From positions 930,001 to 994,000 of the forward strand of contig MU008171.1 of NCBI GenBank assembly GCA_010909165.1: a stretch of 64,000 bases of DNA, given 5' to 3'. This DNA is from Anthoceros angustus. Its lineage: Eukaryota; Plantae; Anthocerotophyta. Both the position numbers and the translations under genes were made by a program. Shown piece after piece: positions 1 to 11,571 of the stretch (position 1 is the stretch's first letter; every line of letters begins with the position of its first letter). The notes beneath the pieces were generated by a model. The model was not told the origin of the DNA, did no database searches, and worked only from the letters and a program-made list of their open reading frames with translations.

Positions 1-2050
1 TTTCGCCAAGAGCCTATTCCACTCTGAGCACTAGTTCCCGCTCAAGCCCAGCGACAATAATCGACCAGATGTTGCATTGCATCAAGCCACAGAATTGAGA
101 TGCAGGATGTACCGCAAGCATAGAAGAAGCCCTTAGCATACAGAATGGAAGGCTTCCGTTCAATCAATATGACTCCTAATTGCCAACAAAACTTGGAAAC
201 TTCGACCTCATGGGCGCAAGCCGTTTCCGCAAATGGACCTTGAGGAAACTCAACCACGATGGGAATGTTTCAGATACAAGTCTAAAGTAGTAGCCCGAGG
301 TTTCACCTGTGCAGTTTCACTATGAAGAAAGCAGTTGTTTAGTCCGTTGTCAAGGCAACTTCGATAAGGATACTACTAGCTTTTGCGCTCACCACCACCT
401 GTATATACACCGTAGATAAGGCGCTTTTCTTTACGGAACCCTACATGAGGACATCTACATGTTACACCACGTGGTTTGTTAAAGATGACAAGGTGTAAAT
501 TGCTCAAATCCATCTATGGATTAAAGCAATCGGCACAAGTGTGGAATGAGACGGTGGGCGATACACGAAGAAGTGTGGCTTTGCCTCTCATCTCGACACC
601 GGTGTTTACATCCGAGAACCAACAACGGTGCAATTGTCACCTTATATGAGCGATAATTTCATTTTCGGCAACGGAAGTAATACAATATGTGAAAGATCAT
701 TATCAAAGTACGACGTTGTTGACATGGGACCTCGCTATGCTCTCGAGTACGCTTTGAATTCAAGGAAGAAGATCACACCTTTTCATCCACCAAGAGCATT
801 ATGTCATACAACTCTGGAAAGGTTCAACTGAAGGGCGCCAAGCCGTTCCACGCCAATTGCCTCGAGAAAAGGTATCGGTGAGACGGTCCCGGCCTCAAGA
901 AGTGCAGATGAGGAGCATCCCCTACGGTGAGGTCAGCCGGAAGTTTACTTTATTTATCGATCTGGACAAGGCGGACATATCACAAGCGTGAATATAGTGT
1001 CCGGATATCTCTCTAATCCGGAAGGCGCATTGGACTGCGTCAAGAGGATTCTCCGTTATTTGAAAAGACAAAATCATACGGGCGCTATATAGGTGACCAC
1101 TTATTCTTACCTCCTTTTGATGCAGTTAGGCGGCGACCCGGCGCCGGAGATCAAGCTGCTGCCTCGTATGATTATCAGCGGTGCCTTTGTCTCGTGGGCT
1201 GCAAGAAGATCGGACCATTTGCACTTCATCCATCAAGCAGTATGCGCCGACCTTAGCGACCAAGGAGATACTTTGGATTCGTCAATTCCTACAAGACATT
1301 CATGAGAAGCGGGATGAGGCAACTCGGTGTATTGCGACAACCCGAGAATAGCTATGACACACAATCCGATTTTGCGAGGACCAAGCACGTGGACATTCAA
1401 AGATCATTTTATCCGGCAAGTGGTGGCGAACAATCAAATCTCATTATGCTACATAAGTACAAGCGACAACACGCAGACACGACAAAGGGACTTCCCAAGG
1501 CACTTCACGACAAGCATGTCGAAGGTATCGGGTGTGAATAGAGAAAGCGTGTCGGGCATCGGTGATCGGAAGAAGGGAGCCCCTAGTCACTTCAAAGACC
1601 CACCAAAGACGAACTCCTTGTTCCAATGCTGTTTCGATCCGCTCACAACTTCGACTTTTCACCACTCCGTTCTTGTGTACTCCTTTTTGCTTGAGACTTT
1701 CAATCGCTTATAATCACCTTTCGGATTATGTGACTGCAAGTTTGGAAACCACCGGAGATTAGATACGCTGCTGAAGGCCAAGTTGAGACCACGGTGGCGA
1801 TGAGGCAATCGGATGCAAGCGGTGAATCCGCGGCGAGGGGAGTGTTGGAGCCATAGCGCTACGGAGGAAGCTTCGTTCCCGTTCGATCATTAATGTTAGC
1901 ACGTTTCGTGCGTGCGTGAAAGAATGTTTTAGTTGCGGGGCCGGTTCCGTTCGTTACCTTTCACACTTATGTCGCGGTTACAACCGCCGAGACACTATAA
2001 AATGCAGACGTTCGGACTTAATCAATCACTCTCATCGCTCACCTATCGCA
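1..2050 (+). mobile_element. Ty1/Copia 3' part (RT, RNase H, PPT, 3' LTR ~1843-2050), frameshifted
   Basis: YKSKVVARGFT-like RT motif near 275-310 and RTKHVDI RNase H motif near 1375. Purine tract GAGGGGAG ends at 1842 and is followed by TGTTGG at 1843. The LTR right end is approximate. Confidence 0.85.
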
Positions 2051-3092
2051 TCTTGCACCCGCTTTACCATGTGCCACATGGCCTCCGGTGACAAGATATC
2101 ACTTGAGCACCTGACCCCAACACACCAGTTAAGCGAGATGCAAGCCGTACCCTATGGAGAGGCAATTGGCTGGCTACTATTTTATCCATTTGGACTCGGC
2201 GAACATCGCCCTGACCTCTCGTGCGTTTCTAATCCCGCCCGGCAACACCTGGAGCTTTGTCAAAGCGGATCCTCGGATATCTAAAAGGGACAAGCGGCAA
2301 GGGATTAGTCTGAGCAAACCAACACAATAATTAAGGAACTCACATTGTCCCGCCATTCCGATGCCGGTGGGCGGGACCTCGATTCCGCAAATCCATTGCA
2401 GCCTATTGTATGCTCCTTAATGGTACAGCCACCTCATGGGCCTCCAAGAAGCTTCCCATCATGCCTCTCCTCGGCCCGTATGCGCTTCATCCCTAGCCGC
2501 CAAGGAGCTAATCTGGATTCGCCAATTCCTATCTAGCCTCAACGAATTGCCACCGTCCTACCATCCTCTATTACGACAATCAATCCGCAATCGCCATGAG
2601 CTTGAATCCTATCTTCCACGCCCGCACCAAGCATGTGGAAATTGAATATCACTTCATTCGATAAGACTCTTGGCAACCTGCAAGTCAAGCTCCCTTTATG
2701 TGCATACTTATGAGAACATTGCTGACGTACTCACTAAGGGATTGCTCAAGGCTTCGCATCAGCGTCTTGTAGCAGCAATGGGCCTGCAGAACATTCCTTG
2801 ATCGCGAACCGACTTTGGGGACCTACAGCGCCTACGCTTGGTCTGAGGGGAGTATTGCGCTACTGTGGGTTTTACGTTAGGGTTCCTCACGCATGTACAC
2901 ATTAATGTCTATTTAGGGCAGTAATGATGGCAGTTATGGTGGTTGATGAACCAACTGACTGCACTGACTTTCTAAGTGCCCCGGCACTCCGAAATCAATT
3001 AATTGCTTCGTATTCTCTCTCGCTAGCTAGCTGCTGTTCTTGGCCGCGATATCTATAGTTATTCTAACTATGCTTGGGTTATCACCTTAACA
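2051..3092 (+). mobile_element. Second Copia 3' fragment (RT C-terminus, RNase H, PPT, 3' LTR 2853-3092)
   Basis: MQAVPYGEAIGWLL RT motif and [28 protein letters not shown] RNase H motif (~2570-2660). PPT at 2845-2852; LTR runs TATTGC...TTAACA. Sequence after 3092 resumes the germin 3' flank seen uninterrupted at ~48885. Confidence 0.85.
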
Positions 3093-3169
3093 GTGGTGAG
3101 CCTGAAAGAATGCAGCTTCTAGTATTCATCATAGGTGCACTGTACAGTTGAAAAGCCGGCAGAAGTTGC

Positions 3170-4203
3170 TCAAAAATCGATTGTGATGTCCTGGCCGGGA
3201 ACGCAGCCTGACTTTGTGGACGTCTGCAGAACTGGAGCATGGTAGTCGTACAGTGTCTTGCTGATATTGCGCAGAGTCTTGCGTGGCTGGTTCAGGGCAA
3301 CAGCCAAACTGCGGGAAGGCAGCTGAAACAGAGCTTGAGCTGCAATCTGCACAAAACGGGTTGTAATGGATGAGCATGGCAGCGGTCAGACATGGTATTC
3401 ATCACAGCAAACTGTTTAGACTAACAGTACTAGAACGGCAGAGATATGAGCTGTGTGTCTCTCATCAGAGAGGCTTACCAAAGAGCCAGGGTTCTCGCTG
3501 TTGAGTGAAGAAATGAACTCAGCATCCTGGGCTCCACATTGAGCTCAAAATGCAGCATTCCACGAGGGAAGACGGTCACGTCGCCCGGTCTGAGGATGTT
3601 GATGTGCGCGGTTCCTGCCACACACATTCATCCACCATCATTATGACGAGCAGGTGGGAATTGGTGCGCACCAAAATTCATGAACAAACGCTGTCACCAA
3701 GGCTTGCAAGATTCAGGTGCCTACCATTGGTGTCGACAAATCCAACTTGGAGCGGCCCGCCCGACAACATGGTGAGGACCTCCGTTGCCCTCAGGTGCGT
3801 GTGCGGCAAGTTCTCACCGCACGGGAACAGCTTGAATCTCACTACCGTGATTCCTTGTGACCTACATTCAACACACACATGAATTCATTTCACGCATTTA
3901 GCTTCAGTACCAGGCTCAGGATTACTGCTGCGGACCAGAATGGTGCCAAACATCGGATTGTCAATGGCAATGTGCGCGATGCAGCAAACGTACTTGAGGG
4001 CAGGGAACTTGGCGACGGGAGGTCAGCGCGGATGCCACCCGGCCCCTGCACGCCGTTGTTTTTGAACACGTCCCGGAAAACAAATTCCTCCACCCCAGCT
4101 TCGAAGTCGGTGAGAGGGTCGGGATCGGCGCGCACGCCGGGAACAATGGCGAGGCTGTAGAGCAAACAACCCAGAAGGAAGAGCGCGGCACCCGGGACGC
4201 CAT
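3170..4203 (-). CDS. Germin-like protein (cupin), copy 1, 4 exons, signal peptide; apparent single-base frameshifts
   Basis: ATG at 4203. Peptides ADPDPLTDF, FPALK|intron, GENLPHTHLRATEV, VFPRGMLHFELN, SLNSENPGSL. GT-AG introns, e.g. 3478-3347 and acceptor at 3615. Last exon 3346-3170 is IAAQALF...QDITIDF*. Confidence 0.9.
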
Positions 4204-6059
4204 GCCCTCGCTTGTCTGTCTCGTCACTCTACACTCGTACTGTCTTCGGCCTTGTCTTCTGCTAGGACTGTCTTCCGCGATGGTGCTGTGTGCATCTGCC
4301 ACTGGAGTCACTGCTGTTGTGGATGAGATGGAGCGAATTGCAAGTCGGAAGGACTGCCGATGGACGATGGATGACATGAAGCTCCTTGCCTTCCATTTTA
4401 TGCGTAGCTGCAGCCGCAATCGCCGCTGCTGCAGCCTGCCACGGCCATTCCGTTGCCATCGTTGACGACTGACTTGGGCTGCCCCGTACACGCGGTTTCG
4501 CTTTTTCCTTGACTCCGGTTGCAGTTCGAACTCGGCGTTGTAGCGTATCTCAGTTTCAAAACGGAACGTGCTTCCAGCTTCCATCTTAATTTTGAGTCCT
4601 CGGCCAGTGATCGCTGCTGCTATGACCGCCTTGTTGCTTCGCGGAACCTCTCAACAGCAACACAGTAGTAGGACGCAGTGTGTCGATTGCAGGTTATGCC
4701 CATCATCATGGGAAGCTTAAGAAAATAATGTCATTACTCATCACAGGCTCACAGCTGACGTCTGGATGAAGGATTCAGACATTCGTGAGAAGGACGCACC
4801 TTTGTAGGCATATACTGTGCTTCACAGCAAAGGATCATGACTTCACATGTCTGGAGGAGGCATCTATCCCTAAGCATTGCAGCAAGGCTGGACACAGCTG
4901 AGCGTCCAGCCGTCCTCGCTCAAGGGCCGGGCCTCCCAAGAGCCTTGTCATTAATATTGTTGCTCTCCTAGATGGAGCAATGCGGCCAGGAGCAGCGGCA
5001 GCCCAGCAGGCAATGGATTGGGAAAGTGTGAATGGGAACTGGTGAAAATGGTCCCTGATTGGGCCTTGTTTTCAAAATGTTGACCTCACTACATTCTGGG
5101 CAGCTGGTCTCCAAGGCTGCTCATTCATAGCAACACTAAGCACTGAATTGAATAGACACGCCTTGAGTGCCCACTCATAAAACGAGTGCCAAAAAATTGC
5201 ACAAGCATGGTGCGTGTCTGCGCACACGCAAACACGATGGCTGCATGCTCGCATATTCTGTGATTCAGAGTCGTGCTATCTGCTACCACTCGGCCGAGAT
5301 GGCTCAGAAGTCGGTTGTGATGTCCTGGCCGGGGATGCAGCCCGACTTGCTGGATGTCTGCAGAACTGGAGCGTGGTAGTCGTACAGGGTCTTGCGGATT
5401 TTCTGCAAAGCCTTGGGTGGCTGGTTCAGGGCCACAGCCAAACTGCGGGAGGGCAGCTGGAACAGAGCTTGAGCTGCAATCTGCATAGTGCACGCACCCG
5501 CGGGTTGTAACGGATGAGCATGGCAGCGGTGGAAGATGGGAACTCCAATTCGCAAGCTTGCAAACCCTATCAAAAGAGTCTCAACTGCAAACTTGCTAGT
5601 CTCTGCGAACGTACCAAGGAGCCAGGGTTCTCGCTGTTGAGTGAGGAAATGAACTCTGCATCCTCGGTTCCACATTCAACTCAAAATGCAGCAATCCACG
5701 AGGGAAGACGATCACGTCACCCGGTGTGAGGATGTAGATATGCGCAGTTCCTGCCACACACATTCATTCACCATCCTCATCAGGAGCAGGTGGAATTCAA
5801 TTTGGTGCGCGCACAAATTGGATTGCTCATCAGCAAACTCAATGCCTAAATGCTCACAACAACGCCTACCATTGGTGTCAACAAAGCCAGCCTGGAGCGG
5901 CCCGCCCGACAACATGGTAAGGACCTCCGTTGCCCTCGGTGCGTGTGCGGCAAGTTCTCACCGCACGGGAACAACTTGAATCTCACAACCGTGATTCCCT
6001 GTGACCTGCATTCACCCAAATTCCGATCAAATTCAGGCGTGTGGTTTCAGTACCAGGCC

Positions 6060-6660
6060 TGCTTACTTACTGCTTGCCTGCTTACGCTGCGCTTACGCTT
6101 GCGCTGCGCTTACGCTGCGCTTCGCTACGCTGCTTACTGCTTACCTGCTTACTGCTTGCTGCTGCTTACTGCTTGCCTGCTTACCGCTGCTTACTGCTTA
6201 CCGCTGCTGCTTACTGCTTACGCTTACGCTTACGCTACGCTGCGCTACGCTTCTTCGCTTACGCTACGCTACGCTTACGCTACGCTACGCTTACGCTTGC
6301 GCTGCGCTACGCTACGCTGCGCTACGCTTCGCGCTTCGCTACGCTTACGCTACGCTTCTTTGCGCTGCGCTACGCTACGCTACGCTACGCTACGCTTCTT
6401 CGCCATCGCGCTTCGCTACGCTTCGCGCTTCGCCATCGCTGCGCCATCGCGCTTCGCTTACGCTTCGCTACGCCATCGCTACGCTACGCTTCTGCGCTAC
6501 GCTACGCTGCGCTTGCGCTACGCTGCGCTGCGCTACGCTTACGCTACGCCATCGCTTACGCTTCGCTACGCCATCGCCATGCGCTACGCTACGCTGCGCT
6601 GCGCTGCGCTACGCTGCGCTTCGCGCTACGCTTCGCTACGCTTCGCGCTACGCCATCGCC
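6060..6660. repeat. Low-complexity (CGCTA/CGCTG/CGCTT)n tract, probably a consensus artefact
   Basis: It replaces what is a ~100-nt intron in the paralogous germins. The same units also overwrite LTR sequence at ~6790-6830 that is normal in the sister LTR (9920-9970). Confidence 0.7.
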
Positions 6661-6750
6661 ATGCGCGCGCAAACTCACTTGAGGGCGGGGAACTTGGCGG
6701 GAGGTCATTTCGGATGCCGCCTTGTGGCCCTGACGTTGTTTTGAACACGT

Positions 6751-9700
6751 TGAAAGAACTAGCTCGAGACACAACACGATGGCTGCATGCGCTTCGCTAC
6801 GCCATCGCCATCGCTGCGCTACGCTACGCTGCAGGCAATGGATGGCACACGCAATAGCACCACGGCTTAGATAGGCTCCACGGTACACATGAATATGGTG
6901 CACGGTGCTACATATATAGCCCTTAGGCTAGGCAACTATCGAGGAGGTAAGCCCTAGACTCGATAGTGCAATATCCTAATATATCCTAATATACTAGAGT
7001 AAGTAGCGAGGATTGAATCTCTAACACTCCCCTTCAAGCTAAAGCTACTTACCGACGCCAAGATCCGAGCGAAATGTGCAAACTTTGCGCTGGCGCCTTG
7101 GTGAAGATATCCGCCACCATCTCCTCGGTGCGGAGGTATGAGATTTGAATCACGCCTTTGAGATCTATTCATGCGAACTACCGGGAGAAGGTCTCCTCGT
7201 AGTCCGACCCTTTCACTTGAGTGAAACCGCGAGCCACTAGTCTCGCCTTATGCCTTTCCAGATCCGTCAAGATTGTACTTCTTCTTGAAAGTCCACTTGC
7301 GATGACGGCTTTTCTCCGGTGGCAAATCAACCAACGTCAAGCGTTGTTTTCGAGCATCGAATTATACTCGATCGAATAGCTTCATTCCGAACTCACCTTG
7401 AGTCCGTTTCGTGCTTCCTCAATTGTGAGCGGGATATCATCTTGAGAAGAAAACACCATTCGTCCGCTCACCATGTTGTGGGCATTCTCGAGGACCTTCC
7501 GCAAGGCCGCCGAACCCTTGTCGACCGTCTCGGAATAGCTGTTGGTTAGTCCTCTGCATCCTCCAATCTTTGGAACTAACTCCTCAACATCTGCTTCTTT
7601 GTTGTGCTCCTTAATTTCCTCCTCAGAATTCCTGGGAACAATAGGTGGTATGACCTCACCTGCTGGGATGTCCTCACCATCACCCTCCGGTGTGTGGTGA
7701 TCCTCTTCTGCTGTCATTGGTGGATCTGGGACAAGGAAGGTGTCCTGGATAAACTCGAGTTGAGGTCCGTAAACACCGTGCTCTCCGCATGACTTCCAAT
7801 ATTGTTCTCATCGAACACGACATCAGAACTTTCATGCATACGCTGGCGGCGGGATCCCACAATCGTAAGCCTTTCGCTCATTCGCATAACCAATGAAGCG
7901 CACTTGATGCTTACATCGTCCAACTTCTTCCGCAGCTTGCTTAGGAACATGCGCATATGCTCTGTGACCAAACACTCTCAAGTGTGAGACATTTGGTTTC
8001 TCACCAAACCAAGCTTCATGGGGTGTCATAGAGCCACCTAGCGCCATGGTAATTGACATATTCTCAGACGTACCGCCACGCTGCATCCCAAAATATTTTG
8101 GCATCCTACTTTCGCTAGCATACTCCTAGCGCCATTGCAGATGGTACGATTCTTCCGCTCGGCGATCCACACTGTTGCGGCGTGTACCTTGTCGTCAGCG
8201 CCTCTCAATTCCGGCTGTGCATTCATCCTTGAAGAGTTTACTCAAATACTCTCCTCCCCATCGTCAAGTTTCTTCAACTTCTTTCTGTTTGTTTCTCCAT
8301 GATGCATACGAACATCGAAATGCTTGGAGGCGTCACTCTTCTTCCGCAGGAAGTACACCGTATTCTCCTCTGTAGTCGATAAGCGAAATATAGTATCTAC
8401 TTTGTATCATCCTTGCTTCCACTTGCATTGGTCCAAAGATCGAGTGGACAAGTTCCAAGACTTCTTTTGCTCTCTTTGTGTGAAACATAAGACCTTGAGG
8501 ATGCTTGCCTTTCATACAAGCGTCACAGACCAAGTTACGCCGGAGCTCCATGCATCACGAGCTTCTTAGCTCCATCTCCGGAGAAACTTCAAGTTGGTAT
8601 GCCCAAACCGTCTATGCCACGATGAGCATTTCCACCTTTCTCCGACACTGTCAGAACCTCTTGGTCGTCAGGAACCTCCATCTGGTACAAGTTCCCTGTA
8701 CGGTGGCCTTTTGCCACCACATCGCCGTGCATCGACCATTCTTGAAACAAAACTTCCTTCTTCGTAAAGGACTGCGGACTGCATCGGTCAATGGTGCCAC
8801 GGACATGAGATTTCTCGTGGGTTCGGTACAAGCGCTCCTTCCATTGCCTTGACCTCGCCGAGCAATCGAGCTGTACTCCCCACACCCTCGGCGCCTATCT
8901 CGCTATCGTTCCCTAGGCCATCTTCTCCCTCTTGTAGTCTTGAAGGAGCTCCTTATCCTTCACCATAAAGGATGTACATGCGAATCTATCGTCGGTGTCG
9001 TTTCGCTTGTGTCTATAGCAGCGTGCGATACTTCTGCGAGCGTTGCCTCCGCAACCTCACCTTTACTCTCACCCTCCGTGAGATGTGCGGTCTTCCGATC
9101 CTTGCAATCCTTCTCATAATGACCATACTTGAAGCATTTCCGGCACTGTCCCCTCTTCACTATTCTCTTGTCCTTCTGTCCCTGCGAGGACTCCCCCTGC
9201 TTGTCCTTGTTCCGGTTGTTCCGTCCCTTCCCCTTGATGAACATCGCATGCTCCGGACCTGTTGAAGATCCCGCCATTGCGTCCAACTGGCGAGTCTCCT
9301 TCGCCAACATCTTAGAGGTGACCTCCTCCCATGTGAGAGTGTCTTGGGCTATTAGGAAATCTATGAACCCTGACCAAGCTTCGGGCATAGAGCGATATAG
9401 AAACATCTTACATATGTCCTCACGGATAGCAAAGCGCTCGTTAGGCGATGCTAGCGGCGTAAGCGATTCGTGAAAGGTGTCGATGTGCTTTCGCAAATCG
9501 TCTCGTCGAATACTTCAATGTCGTCACACGACAAAACAAGTGAAATACTTCACCGCCTCCTTCCGCCATATTTCTCATTGAGAAGATTCCAAATGTACTC
9601 GTGCCCTTATGCGGTTCTCCGACCTTGATTTCGCCGTAGAGATTCATATATAGGAGGCTGCCTTGTGGTCTCTCGCATCCATTCTCTCTGCTCTCTCCCT

Positions 9701-10159
9701 CATCTTGGTTTCGGCTCTTTGCCCTCGGCAATGCCATCGCGTCCTCGCCATCGGAGAACCTTCATGGACCTTTTCCATACATGGAACTCCGTTCCATCAA
9801 ACACCGCGTCCTCAAGGCGCGGTGGTTCTGAGCCCATCGCCATCACAACTCCATCCTCTCTTATCAAGTCTCGCGATTAGTGTTCCCGCTCGATACCATG
9901 AAAGAACTAGCTCGGACACAACCGATCAGGCAGCGCAGGATCAACACGGTTAGCGGACACAAGCGAGGCAATGGATGGCACGCAATAGCACCACTTGGCT
10001 TAGATAGGCTCCACGGTACACATGAATATGGTGCATGGTGCTACATATATAGCCCTTAGGCTGAGCAACTATCGAGGAGGTAAGCCCTAGACTCGATAGT
10101 GCAATATCTAATATATCCTAATATACTAGAGTAAGTAGCAGAGGATTGAATCTCTAACA
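6751..10159 (-). mobile_element. Internally deleted Copia with both LTRs (6751-7026, 9899-10159)
   Basis: TG...CA LTR pair, PBS at 9898-9888, PPT at ~7027-7036, TSD CACGT (6746-6750) / CACGC (10160-10164). Contains gag with CRKCFKYGHYEKDC knuckle and integrase (PHEAWFGEKPNVSHLRVFG). RT ETFSPVVRM is joined directly to the RNase H tail near 7170. Confidence 0.92.
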
Positions 10160-11129
10160 CACGCGAAACAAACTCCTCCACGCCCAAGTCGGTGAGAGGA
10201 TCGGGATCGGGCGCCTGGCCGGAGCATCAGCGAGGTCAGAAGCAACCCCGAGGAGGGCGGTGCGGCACCCGGGCGCCATTCCTTCAATTGTCGATTGAAG
10301 CTTGAGGTGTGCGGCGGCTCTTCTACTATCTCTCAAAGCGCACACTTGCAATGCATTTCCGCTCGAATCGGCGCCTCTTGCAGATGAAACCGCCTCAAAT
10401 TCCGAGTCGGATGGGATGGCGGTCGCTCTATGGATGGGTCCAAGCGCTTGGCTCAAGCTCCACCAACAACAGGCTGAGCTCCATTTATATACGGCACCTC
10501 TCGATGGAGCTTGCCGATGGCCTTCGGGCCTTTGCCAGCCACGTCGGATGGCCGTTGACGGTGGACTCGGTAAGTTCCGTACGTGACTTAGCGATTGTTT
10601 TGACGGACCCGGTGGACATACACCGGAAGCCCTACATCCGAGCGATTGTTTAGTACATACTGATGTACATGGGGCGGAAATATCATCCGGCCACGTGGTA
10701 GGACCCGCCATAACCATAGCCGCATGTTTTACCATGTTGACCCCTTGTTCCGGCTCTCTCTCTGCACGGCTTTCTTTTGTCGGGCTATGTGGGATTTTGC
10801 GGGTATATGGGATGGTGGATGGTGTTTGAACATTTGTGACCTTTTTCTTCTTTTCTCCTGCTAGGTTATGTGGGATGGTGGATGGTGTTTGAATATATTT
10901 GGGATTTTTCTTCTTGAAGACTCATTCAGTGACTTTATGCTACTCTTTCCTTTTCCCTTATGGGATCTCATGATCTCATCGGCTTATAGGTGGATATTGA
11001 GAACTCCTTCAAGACCATTTTGAGGCGTGATCTTGAGGAGCTCAAGGATGTTGGTGGTGTCTTGGGAGGGAGCCTTATACCTTTGTCCATTGCTTCTACG
11101 GAAGTCTTCCACCCTCTACTATCAAGACA

Positions 11130-11520
11130 TGAAGGTCTCTTGATTTGCTATTTCCGTCTTGGAATCACCACAATTACGTGTCGACCCCAGGCGGTGCTAT
11201 CTTTGCCATCGCCCACTATAGGGCCCTTTCCAGGGCTGCTTCCTCTCGACATGGTGACCTTGGCCACCAGCAGTCCTTCGTCCGCACTCGTTTCTCCCTC
11301 ATATCCTTCTTCCACAATCCCTGAGTATACACCGGAAGCAACAGGGGAAATCGCTGCTGTAGCTCCTGAAGGCAAAAGGCAGCAATGCGTTGGGCCTTGG
11401 AACAGCTGTTACAGTAGACATAGCGGCCAACCATGACCCATTCAGCAAGAGTGCTTCTAGGCCTGGGCAAATGCCACCATACAATTCTAACACAGTAGTG
11501 CCGGAAGGAGGAGCTATCCA
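11130..11520 (-). pseudogene. C5 cytosine DNA methyltransferase remnant (motifs I-IV)
   Basis: Joining frames across single indels gives TVLELYGGICPGLEALLLNG (11493-11437), VMVGRYVYC...AQRIAAFCLQELQQRFPLLLP, then LLVA-x-SPC (catalytic PC at ~11254-11249). Confidence 0.7.
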
Positions 11521-11571
11521 TGAAATGATGCACTGACTCACAATGTTGGTGGACTTCATAAAATAGCTTAT

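Larger units (their letters stand above)
5304..10279 (-). pseudogene. Germin-like protein copy 2, exon 1 split by a Copia insertion
   Basis: ATG at 10279; exon 1 pieces at 10279-10160 and 6750-~6679. Cupin exons at ~6000-5620 and last exon IAAQALFQLPSRS...DITTDF* ending at 5304. Confidence 0.85.

Noticed and set aside
4202-4584. ORFs upstream of or overlapping the germin start (also 50046-50446)
   Set aside because: They are 5' flank and shadow frames. The ATG at 4203/49987 gives a proper signal peptide.
5850-6903. Long Ala/Leu/Arg/Tyr-rich ORFs (up to 335 aa)
   Set aside because: They are translations of the (CGCTA)n-type tract. The tract overwrites known intron and LTR sequence, so it is probably an artefact.
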